32,989 nt of DNA from a virus. The stretch lies in IMG/VR virus record IMGVR_UViG_3300025677_000016; one strand, written 5' to 3'. Both the position numbers and the translations under genes were made by a program. How positions within the stretch are numbered: position 1 is the stretch's first letter; each line of letters begins with the position of its first letter. The notes beneath the pieces are model-generated. The model searched no databases, was not told the origin of the DNA, and saw nothing but the letters and a program-made list of their open reading frames with translations. Below, one piece after another: positions 1-6,595 of the stretch.

Positions 1-175
1 CGGGTACGGGTACGGGGACGGGTCCGGGGACGGGTACGGGTCCGGGTCCGGGGACGGGTACGGGTCCGGGTCCGGGGACGGGTACTGGTACTGGTACGGG
101 TCCGGGGACGGGTCCGGGGACGGGTACGGGTGCGGGTACGGGTACGGGTCCGGGTACGGGGACGGTGGCGGGGAC
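1..175 (+). repeat. Hexanucleotide G3N3 tandem array (GGGTAC/GGGGAC/GGGTCC, rare TGGTAC/GGGTGC); left part of a tract that continues from 32857-32989
   Basis: Strict 6-nt periodicity read directly. It ends at ...gacggtggcggggac before taa at 176-178. Confidence 0.95.
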
Positions 176-178
176 TAA
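1..178 (+). CDS. 3' part of the same wrapped Gly-rich repeat ORF (frame A ends TAA 176-178; total 91 aa after removing the 50-nt overlap). Frame B would end at TAG 213-215.
   Basis: Frame continuity checked across the 50-nt overlap. The stop lies 3 nt before the AACAAAAGGAACAAA motif of the next gene. Confidence 0.35.
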   Translation, partial: GYGYGDGSGDGYGSGSGDGYGSGSGDGYWYWYGSGDGSGDGYGCGYGYGSGYGDGGGD

Positions 179-196
179 CCTAACAAAAGGAACAAA

Positions 197-364
197 ATGC
201 ACAAGTGCAAAGTAGGCGGGTTTGCGGACATTGTGGTAGTCATTCTGGCCGGTGCAATCATTTTCGCCTCGGGCTTGGTGCTGGACGGAATCCGCAATGT
301 GACGCAAGACGAGTTGCCGGATGGCTGGTCCTATGACCAGACAATCATGGAGGAGGTCGAATGA
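197..364 (+). CDS. Small membrane protein, 55 aa (MHKCKVGGFADIVVVILAGAIIFASGLVLDG...)
   Basis: Hand-translated; not in the track because it is under 60 aa. ATG directly follows aacaaaaggaacaaa, there is one hydrophobic helix, and the stop overlaps the next start (ATGA at 361-364). Confidence 0.55.
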   Translation: MHKCKVGGFADIVVVILAGAIIFASGLVLDGIRNVTQDELPDGWSYDQTIMEEVE

Positions 365-552
365 GCGATCCAGGAAAAGGACACTGGCGGGAGATGGCGC
401 TGAACGTCACTGACACTCTCGGGTATCACGAGACTGTCGACAATCAGAGCACGCTACATTCGCTCCTGAAGGCGATCAAGAAACTCGGCTTCAAGCCGCA
501 CAGCGCGAAACAGAAGTGCGGAGGATGGCAAGTATGGGCAACAAGGAAGTGA
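361..552 (+). CDS. Hypothetical early protein, 63 aa
   Basis: Track ORF with ATGA coupling to the upstream ORF. Confidence 0.55.
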   Translation: MSDPGKGHWREMALNVTDTLGYHETVDNQSTLHSLLKAIKKLGFKPHSAKQKCGGWQVWATRK

Positions 553-785
553 TCACTGTGAAGCCGTTCATGCAGGTTAAAAAGCTTGAGCAGCTTGCAT
601 ATCTGTCTAAAATGAAACGCTCCGTTGTCTGCCCGGCTTTCTCACCCTGGTCTAAGCCGAAGCCTGCGGCGTTTATTTTCTTTCTGCCAGCGAGCGAGGT
701 TCTCAAGCTGATTGAAAAAGGACTCTACGTCTACGCACCTAAAGAAAAACCAAAGTACAAAACATGGACACCAAAAAGGAACTGA
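534..785 (+). CDS. Hypothetical early protein (MGNKEVITVKPF...)
   Basis: Track ORF 516-785. ATG 534 lies about 10 nt after GGAGG. The local sequence looks more A/T-rich than its neighbours. Confidence 0.5.
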   Translation: MGNKEVITVKPFMQVKKLEQLAYLSKMKRSVVCPAFSPWSKPKPAAFIFFLPASEVLKLIEKGLYVYAPKEKPKYKTWTPKRN

Positions 786-856
786 TCAAAGAAATGCGGC
801 GGATCATCGCTGCCGCGCAAAGGATAATCGACCTTCTAACCAAGGATGAACAATGA
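764..856 (+). CDS. Possible 30-aa ORF (MDTKKELIKEMRRIIAAAQRIIDLLTKDEQ)
   Basis: Hand-translated. It fills the gap before the RecT gene, and its stop overlaps the RecT start (ATGA 853-856). Confidence 0.3.
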   Translation: MDTKKELIKEMRRIIAAAQRIIDLLTKDEQ

Positions 857-1704
857 GTGAAGCACTTACTATCCGCAAGCCTCGGGCGCTCGAAGCTATG
901 GCTGAGCGGCTTAACGTCGAACCAGCCAAGCTGTTCGACACGTTGAAGTCAACAGTATTTAAAGGTGCGAGCAATGAAGAGATGCTGGCTCTGGTGGTTG
1001 TGGCCAATGAGTACGGTCTGAACCCACTACTGAAAGAGATGTACGCATTCCCGGCCAAGGGCGGCGGGATCGTGCCGCTCGTTGCAATCGACGGGTGGGC
1101 CAAAATCGTCAACCGGCAGGCGAGCTTCGATGGAGTCAAGTTTCACTGGGACTTCGACTCTGAGACTAACAAGCCGCTGGCTTGCACCTGCACAATGTGG
1201 GTCAAGGGTCGCAAGGAACCTGTGCAAGTCACAGAGTTCTTGGAGGAGTGTTCACGCGGAACAGAGCCGTGGGCAAAAATGCCGCGCCGGATGCTACGGC
1301 ATCGAGCGTTCATTCAAGCGGCTAGGCTGGCCTTCGGGCTGTCCGGGCTGGTGGATGAGGACGAAGCGCCCGACGTGCAGGTTATGCGCTCCCGTCCTAT
1401 CCGCGCCGATGTTGACGAGCCGAAAGCATTGGTTGCTCCACCACTCGAATCTGAGAAAGAACTCGCAGACGCGGGCCTTGCGCCCGTCGCTGAACGGCAA
1501 ATCACACCGCAGGATAGGCTGATGATCTGCCTCCAGGATTACGAGATTGGCATTGAGCGGTTTGGGGCGTGGCTCCTCAAAGCAGGACATATGGAATTCC
1601 AGCCCGCAACGTGGGACGACGTCCCCGCTGAACTCGCAACAAAACTCTGGCCAGCCCGTAAGAAGCTGGCCAACGAGATCAAGGCTGCATCATGCGAGAG
1701 CTAG
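853..1704 (+). CDS. recT: RecT/Red-beta family single-strand annealing recombinase
   Basis: The N-terminal half (LALVVVANEYGLNPLLKEMYAFPAKGGGIVPLVAIDGWAKI...FDGV) matches the RecT family pattern as I recall it. Confidence 0.85.
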   Translation: MSEALTIRKPRALEAMAERLNVEPAKLFDTLKSTVFKGASNEEMLALVVVANEYGLNPLLKEMYAFPAKGGGIVPLVAIDGWAKIVNRQASFDGVKFHWDFDSETNKPLACTCTMWVKGRKEPVQVTEFLEECSRGTEPWAKMPRRMLRHRAFIQAARLAFGLSGLVDEDEAPDVQVMRSRPIRADVDEPKALVAPPLESEKELADAGLAPVAERQITPQDRLMICLQDYEIGIERFGAWLLKAGHMEFQPATWDDVPAELATKLWPARKKLANEIKAASCES

Positions 1705-2501
1705 CCATTGTGCCGAGTGGAGCAATCGAGTTACCCACTCTATCCGTAACGCCGGAGTTTCTCGCGCGGCGGGAGGATGCGATTGCGTCCGCCGCGCTAA
1801 TCGCCCGGGTATCTTCACCCGATGAAAACAATCGCGCTGTCGAGGTGCAAAAGGCCCTGGTCGGTCTGGTCCGCGAAGTGGAGTCAGCGCGCAAAAAGCT
1901 CAAAGAGCCGGTGCTGGACCTGGGTCGGCAAATCGACGCTACGGCGAAAGCTGCGGTCGAGCCGATCACAGCAGCCGAACTCCCGTTGCGAAATCTCATC
2001 TCCGATTTCGCTGACTCTGAGCGCAAGCGTGCGCAAGCCGAGGCTGCGCGGATCGAGGCTGAACGGCGACAGGCCGAGGAGGCCGCGCTACAAGCCCGGC
2101 TTGCGGAAGAGAAGCGCGTGCGAGAAGAGGCCGAGGTGCGCCTACGTGCGGCCAAGGATGCGGCGGACCGAGCGCGGATAGAGGAAGAGGCTAAGGCTGC
2201 GGTCGAGCGCGCTAAAGCCGAACAGGAGCGCGCACAACGGCTCGCTGATGAACGTGCGGCGATGGACCGGCAGATGCACGCGCCTGCGGTCGCGCAGGGC
2301 CAATCGGTGCGAACGGAGTGGCAGCTTGATATCGTGGACATTTGGGCATTAGCCCGTGCTCACCCGGCTTGTGTCACAATCACACCTAGACTGTCGGAAA
2401 TCAAAGCCCTACTCGATGCGGGAGCTAAGGTGGTAGGGGTAAGTGCAAAACGAGTCACAATCGCGGGAGTCCGCACAGCAGGAAGGACGATTGACGTATA
2501 G
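1692..2501 (+). CDS. Coiled-coil protein of unknown function; its position suggests a recombination role
   Basis: Long E/R/A-rich heptad-like central region flanked by globular ends. It immediately follows and overlaps recT. Confidence 0.65.
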   Translation: MRELAIVPSGAIELPTLSVTPEFLARREDAIASAALIARVSSPDENNRAVEVQKALVGLVREVESARKKLKEPVLDLGRQIDATAKAAVEPITAAELPLRNLISDFADSERKRAQAEAARIEAERRQAEEAALQARLAEEKRVREEAEVRLRAAKDAADRARIEEEAKAAVERAKAEQERAQRLADERAAMDRQMHAPAVAQGQSVRTEWQLDIVDIWALARAHPACVTITPRLSEIKALLDAGAKVVGVSAKRVTIAGVRTAGRTIDV

Positions 2502-2591
2502 GCGGCCCTGGCGAGCCACGGGTCAAACCGTGTGCGACGGGGACTCTCGCGGCGGGCAACTCCACTCTGTCACTCCTCCCGGTGAGTACCA

Positions 2592-2954
2592 ATGGAAACA
2601 GACGCGAAAGCCGGGTGGAGTGACGCAAAAAGGAACACTAACTATCTGCAAGCACAGACTATCGAAAACGAAGTCACCAAGGAGAAGACCGAGCAATACG
2701 TCATTCCTGCGGCAGCATGTCACGAAGACATTGCCGTGGGCTTTGAGTCCAAGATGCGACGCTACGCAAACCGCAGCGTCAGCTTGCGAAACGCTACGCT
2801 GTGCAACCCGACGGCGGAGCTGGAGGACGCTACCCGCAAGAAGATCGAGGGTAGGCTGGAAATCGCGGCAACGCGGCTTGTGCTACTCGCACGGGAGCGC
2901 AGCCTGGGTGGTTGGGTGAAGAAACACGCCCCAAAGCTCCTTGAAAAACGATAG
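2592..2954 (+). CDS. Hypothetical protein, 120 aa
   Basis: Track ORF. Its codon pattern looks more coding-like than the overlapping 2443-2919 frame. Confidence 0.5.
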   Translation: METDAKAGWSDAKRNTNYLQAQTIENEVTKEKTEQYVIPAAACHEDIAVGFESKMRRYANRSVSLRNATLCNPTAELEDATRKKIEGRLEIAATRLVLLARERSLGGWVKKHAPKLLEKR

Positions 2955-2961
2955 GACAATT

Positions 2962-3061
2962 TGCGCGGCTCGGCGCGGCTCGGCGCGGCCCGGCTTGGCA
3001 GGGCGGGGCGCGGCCAGGCATGGCTGGGCATGGCGCGGCGTGGCTGGGCAAGGCGAGGCTC
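2962..3061. repeat. GGCNN pentanucleotide array, block 1 (about 19-20 units)
   Basis: GGC at 2967+5k up to 3057, with a degenerate TGCGC at 2962. Read directly. Confidence 0.9.
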
Positions 3062-3097
3062 CACACACTGCCCATTCGCGAGAGTGGGCAGAAGTTG

Positions 3098-3160
3098 GGC
3101 CTGGCGAGGCGCGGCAAGGCGAGGCTCGGCGCGGCGAGGCGTGGCAAGGCAGGGCGAGGC
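3098..3160. repeat. GGCNN pentanucleotide array, block 2 (13 units)
   Basis: GGC at 3098+5k up to 3158. It is separated from block 1 by a 36-nt non-repeat spacer (3062-3097). Confidence 0.9.
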
Positions 3161-3230
3161 TAACTCACCGGGGCGAGTGGTTGCCCCGGCAGCTTTCGGT
3201 TGACGGTCAACAAACAACAAAAGGAACACG

Positions 3231-3809
3231 ATGAAGACGATGAAGGTACGATGGACGGGGATTCGACCGCTGGTGATGCACAACGGGTTGATGGCAGACC
3301 CGACAAACAAGTTCACGCGGGCGATCAAAGAGATTGTCCGCAAGGGCAGCAAGAAGCTGACGGACTCGGACTATGAGATGCGCGACCGGCTCGAATGGGA
3401 AGCGGGCCTTTACTGGGACGAGGACCTGGGCGCGGTTATCCCGAGTGACAACATCGAGCGGTGCGTGCAACTGGGGGCGCAGAAATCGCGGATCGGGAAG
3501 GACGTGCAAGCCGCCGTCCTTTGCTCCGAGCCAGTCGTCAAGCTCATCTATGACGGACCGCGCAAGAAGGAAGCCATGTTCAACGACCCGCGATTCACAC
3601 TGCGGAAAGGAGTCAGCATTCAAAAGTCCCGGCTGATCCGAATTCGCCCCATGTTCCCCACCGGCTGGAGCATCGAATTTACCCTGGAGTACGATGACAG
3701 CATCGTGAACGAGCGCGGGCTACACAAGGCTATGGTGGATGCCGGGGCGCTGATCGGGCTCGGGGATCACCGCCCGAAGTTCGGCCGATTTACCGTGGAG
3801 GCGCTGTGA
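3231..3809 (+). CDS. Conserved-looking phage protein of unknown function, 192 aa
   Basis: Track ORF. ATG is preceded by aacaaaaggaaca, and the stop overlaps the next start (GTGA). Confidence 0.7.
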   Translation: MKTMKVRWTGIRPLVMHNGLMADPTNKFTRAIKEIVRKGSKKLTDSDYEMRDRLEWEAGLYWDEDLGAVIPSDNIERCVQLGAQKSRIGKDVQAAVLCSEPVVKLIYDGPRKKEAMFNDPRFTLRKGVSIQKSRLIRIRPMFPTGWSIEFTLEYDDSIVNERGLHKAMVDAGALIGLGDHRPKFGRFTVEAL

Positions 3810-4204
3810 CCCCAACACAACGCACAATGGATGAACTCCGCAAGCGCGGCTACACCGTGGGCCGAGTGGAGCAATGGAGGCCTGGACCAAATGGCGGCTT
3901 CCGGCAGGACTTATTCGGGATCATCGACCTGCTTGCTATCTCGGGCGACCTAACGATCGGAGTGCAAGTCTGCGGCACAGCCTGGAGCGCGCACGTCAAG
4001 AAGTTGCTCGGGCGCGATCCTGAATATCCAGAAGCAGAGCAGGCTGTCCGACGGTGGCTCGAAAGCCCACACCGGTACATGGAGTTGTGGGGCTGGAGGC
4101 CGCTCAAATACGGCGAGCGCAGAATCCACCGCCTGCGGCGCGGCATGATCTACATACGCTATGACGGCGCGCCTATCGAGTTCGAGGAGGTTGAGAGCGC
4201 ATGA
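3806..4204 (+). CDS. PD-(D/E)xK nuclease, Holliday-junction-resolvase (Hjc)-like
   Basis: RKRGY...DLFGIIDLLAI...IGVQVC resembles the D...(D/E)xK core of archaeal-type resolvases. It sits in the recombination module. Confidence 0.5.
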   Translation: MTPTQRTMDELRKRGYTVGRVEQWRPGPNGGFRQDLFGIIDLLAISGDLTIGVQVCGTAWSAHVKKLLGRDPEYPEAEQAVRRWLESPHRYMELWGWRPLKYGERRIHRLRRGMIYIRYDGAPIEFEEVESA

Positions 4205-4371
4205 CAGTCAAAAGATACTGCCGCCAACTCTACGACGCGCTGTTGCCAATCGTGACGCAATTGCGTGGCATTGTGGACGAGCGGGAGCTAAGCGCACGTA
4301 GCAAGGAAAAGCTGGAGATGATAAAGACTGAACTCGCAATCATCGCAAGGTGGATCGAGAGGGGCGAATGA
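4201..4371 (+). CDS. Small helical protein, 56 aa (MTVKRYCRQLYDALLPIVTQLRG...)
   Basis: Hand-translated, with ATGA overlaps at both ends (4201-4204 and 4368-4371). Confidence 0.5.
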   Translation: MTVKRYCRQLYDALLPIVTQLRGIVDERELSARSKEKLEMIKTELAIIARWIERGE

Positions 4372-4636
4372 ACTACGTAGACTTTCTGGACCGAAAGACA
4401 CAACTCGGATGCGATCACGGATTTGAGCCGTCATGGATGCCATCCTTCCTTTTTGACTTTCAGAAGTCGCTTGGGCGGGTGCTGATCCTGACGCCGTTGG
4501 CTGTGGCATTCCAGACGGTCAAAGAGGGTGAGAAATTCGGCATCGAGGTCAAGCATCGCCGGGATGGATTGCAGGCTGCGAGACGGTTGAGCAGTGGTGC
4601 CGGATGTCGCCAGCATCCCCGCTGAATCGAGATTGA
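4368..4636 (+). pseudogene. Remnant of an SNF2/DEAD-type phage helicase N-terminus, internally deleted, frameshifted and truncated
   Basis: MNYVDFLDRKTQLG..GFEPSWMPSFLFDFQKSL is followed directly by RVLILTPLAVAFQTVKEGEKFGIEV. The Walker-A segment normally found between these motifs is missing. A second frame ends ...IAGCETVEQWCRMSPASPLNRD* at 4636. Confidence 0.4.
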
Positions 4637-4727
4637 GTACCATCCCCCGTGCGGCCTTGGCTCGGTGGGACCGGCTCACATCGGCGGAACGGAGCGCGGT
4701 CATGAGCCGCGTCCGGCGGAAGTGGAT
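4571..4727. repeat. Inverted-repeat copy 1 (partner 31080-31306)
   Basis: Manual reverse-complement alignment. Segment A, 4571-4637 vs 31240-31306, has about 6 mismatches in 67 nt. Segment B, 4651-4727 vs 31080-31156, has about 2 mismatches in 76 nt. Confidence 0.9.
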
Positions 4728-4755
4728 TCGGAAGCAGAAGAAAGGCAACAAATGA
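4633..4755 (+). CDS. Possible small ORF (TTG start), paralogue of the 48-aa gene at 31058-31204(-); shares ARWDRLTSAERSAVMSRVRRK
   Basis: Hand-translated. Its stop overlaps the next ATG (ATGA 4752-4755). The start codon is uncertain. Confidence 0.35.
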   Translation: MSTIPRAALARWDRLTSAERSAVMSRVRRKWIRKQKKGNK

Positions 4756-5051
4756 GAAAATGGGTGGGAAAAACACCAAGCCCAAAACCTCAACTCTGGT
4801 ACACAAAGGGCGAGGCGCTGAAGGCCGGGGCGATACGTCCGGTCAAAGTCCGGTTCCCATTCTGTTGGGGCTGGTGTGATCTATACGATGGGATCAAGCT
4901 CACAGACGGTCGGACATGCCCGACGCATTCCGCTATGCTCGTTGTGAACGGGGTTGCATCTGATGTCGTCGGGATGCGGGACATGCAAGCCGTGACGTGG
5001 CCGGAAGACCTGGCCTCCGCGTGGCGAGCGTCGTTTGAACAGGAGTTGTAA
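4752..5051 (+). CDS. Hypothetical protein, 99 aa (MRKWVGKTPSPKPQLWYTKGE...)
   Basis: Internal ATG of track ORF 4665-5051, preceded by aaaggcaacaa, the RBS style typical of this genome. Confidence 0.55.
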   Translation: MRKWVGKTPSPKPQLWYTKGEALKAGAIRPVKVRFPFCWGWCDLYDGIKLTDGRTCPTHSAMLVVNGVASDVVGMRDMQAVTWPEDLASAWRASFEQEL

Positions 5052-5160
5052 TCCACCCCACTCCCCACAGCCAGGCTGTGCGCAATCTTGAGTTGGCTCA
5101 GCGGGAGCGCGACTGCAACGATCTTTTCAACCAGTAACCACAACCAAACGAAAGGACAAA

Positions 5161-5640
5161 ATGAAGACAACACTGACAGCAGCAGTAATCGGGATCACAC
5201 TCATGACCGGATGCACAACGACACCTGACATCGGAGCTATCGCCACACCAGCCCGCATTGAGGCTGTGGTCGCACTTGGTGCGTACTACGGCGGCAAGGA
5301 AATCATCAAGCAGGGCAACAGGCACGAGCTTGAGCAGGCGCACGCCGCGCTCCTTGAGCTCGATGCGTCCGAAGTCGTCGACACGCTCGCTATCGTGCGA
5401 ATCCTGGAACAAACCGACCTTAAGGGGACGCTGGACTCCACCGAAGGCCAGCTCATCATCGCGGCTGCTATGGTGTTCGTCGACAGTTACTCCGGCCAAG
5501 TCACTGAAATCAAAGACCTTCCACGGGTGCGCGCTGTTGTGCGCGGTCTTGCCAGAGGCTTCGAGTACGCGCTCGCGGATGATGGAGTTAGGGCGTCGAC
5601 GGCTGCGAGACTCACCAGCGAAGCGAAAGCAACAAGGTAA
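5161..5640 (+). CDS. Predicted lipoprotein, 159 aa
   Basis: The N-terminus MKTTLTAAVIGITLMTGC has a signal peptide plus a lipobox-like LMTG/C. ATG is preceded by gaaaggacaaa. Confidence 0.65.
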   Translation: MKTTLTAAVIGITLMTGCTTTPDIGAIATPARIEAVVALGAYYGGKEIIKQGNRHELEQAHAALLELDASEVVDTLAIVRILEQTDLKGTLDSTEGQLIIAAAMVFVDSYSGQVTEIKDLPRVRAVVRGLARGFEYALADDGVRASTAARLTSEAKATR

Positions 5641-5650
5641 TCAAGGGGTG

Positions 5651-5690
5651 CCGCGCAACGACTGAACCAAGCAAGCCGGTCGTTGCGCGG
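5651..5690 (+). terminator. 12-bp perfect stem-loop (ccgcgcaacgac / gtcgttgcgcgg, 16-nt loop) after the lipoprotein gene
   Basis: Inverted repeat read directly. There is no T-tract, so its terminator function is inferred only from position at an operon gap. Confidence 0.35.
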
Positions 5691-5841
5691 TGAAATGACA
5701 AGCCTATGACTCAACCGTATCGTCTCAAATTGGCCACTTGTGGCGATTCTGATTGCGAGGGGGTGTCAGGGTAGCGGGCACACAATCAAAATCTCTGCAA
5801 CGCCACAAAGATAAGCGCAAATCGGCAAGAAACGGCATTCC

Positions 5842-6594
5842 ATGAACGGAGGCTACACCAAGCTATTCTCGTCAATCGTTGCCTCAACGATATGGCGTGA
5901 ACCGGATCACGTACGGATTGTGTGGATAACGATGCTGGCCATAAGCGATCCGTGGGGTCATATCCGGGCAAGCATACCGGGGCTGGCTGATCTAGCCCGC
6001 GTGTCCGTAGAGGATGCCAAAGACGCGCTGGCTAGGCTATCAGCCCCAGATGAATATTCACGCACCAAGGAGCACGAGGGGAGGAGAATTGAGGAGACGG
6101 ACGGTGGCTGGTTCATACTCAATTTCGTGAAGCATCGGGACGCCGGCGCCGAGGGTCATCGGCGTGAGTATATGCGTCGATATATGCGCGAAAGACGTGC
6201 CGGAAATGTAAACTCAAAACGTAAACACTGTAAACCTAACAGTGAACAATCGTTAACACACTCAGACTCAGACTCAGACATAGTTAACAACAGTGAAATT
6301 GTAGACGTTGGGGCGTGTAAACTCGCGTGTAAACAATCGAGCGACCAAAATGCGCGGCGGGAGCCGCGCCAACAGGCAAAGGAAACGGATGAAGCTTGGC
6401 TCAAAGGGCTGGAAAGCAACCCGGCTTACGCGGGCCTGGACGTGGCCAGGGAGCACGCGAAGATGGTCGCATGGTGCTCTGTCAACGGAAAGCAACCGAG
6501 CAGGCGCCGGTTCGTAAACTGGCTGAACCGAGCCGAGAAGCCGATGCGGGTGACGAGAGCAACTACGGAGGATGAGCACTTGAAGGGGTTTTGA
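5842..6594 (+). CDS. Replication initiator / replisome organizer (N-terminal winged-helix type)
   Basis: The N-terminal YTKLFSSIVASTIWREPDHVRIVWITMLA... pattern is typical of phage replication proteins. It lies directly upstream of the helicase loader and contains internal iterons. Confidence 0.55.
   Translation: MNGGYTKLFSSIVASTIWREPDHVRIVWITMLAISDPWGHIRASIPGLADLARVSVEDAKDALARLSAPDEYSRTKEHEGRRIEETDGGWFILNFVKHRDAGAEGHRREYMRRYMRERRAGNVNSKRKHCKPNSEQSLTHSDSDSDIVNNSEIVDVGACKLACKQSSDQNARREPRQQAKETDEAWLKGLESNPAYAGLDVAREHAKMVAWCSVNGKQPSRRRFVNWLNRAEKPMRVTRATTEDEHLKGF
6207..6334. promoter_or_regulatory. Putative origin iterons inside the initiator gene: TGTAAAC/CGTAAAC at 6207, 6220, 6229, 6316 and 6328, plus GT(G/T)AAC variants and (CTCAGA)x3
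   Basis: Repeats read directly. GCGTGTAAAC occurs twice, 12 nt apart (6313-6322 and 6325-6334). The region looks locally A/T-rich. Confidence 0.45.
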
Positions 6595-6595
6595 G

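Noticed and set aside
1-175. The possibility that the short-period arrays (6-nt at the window ends, 5-nt at 2962-3160, 9-nt at 11518-11553) are CRISPR arrays
   Set aside because: The periods are 5-9 nt with no unique spacers between repeats, and there are no cas genes. These are micro- or minisatellite-type arrays.
2762-3352. ORFs running through the GGCNN arrays: 2762-3352(-), 2830-3147(-), 2941-3234(+) and 2961-3203(+). The + frames read as pentapeptide-periodic ARLGA/ARRGW strings that superficially recall pentapeptide-repeat proteins.
   Set aside because: The 5-aa periodicity is an automatic consequence of a 5-nt DNA period. All frames on both strands are open for the same reason. The products are extremely Arg/Gly/Pro-rich, there is no RBS, and the candidate start is an alternative codon. 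The constraint is on the invariant GGC at the DNA level.
4431-4793. ORFs 4431-4793(-) and 4549-4806(-) share peptides (FRRTRLMTALRSADVSRSHRA; SQSRFSG.AGDIRHHCSTVSQPA) with 30999-31352(+)
   Set aside because: The shared peptides are simply the antisense reading of the inverted duplication. The sense-strand readings have RBS motifs, start/stop coupling and more protein-like sequences.
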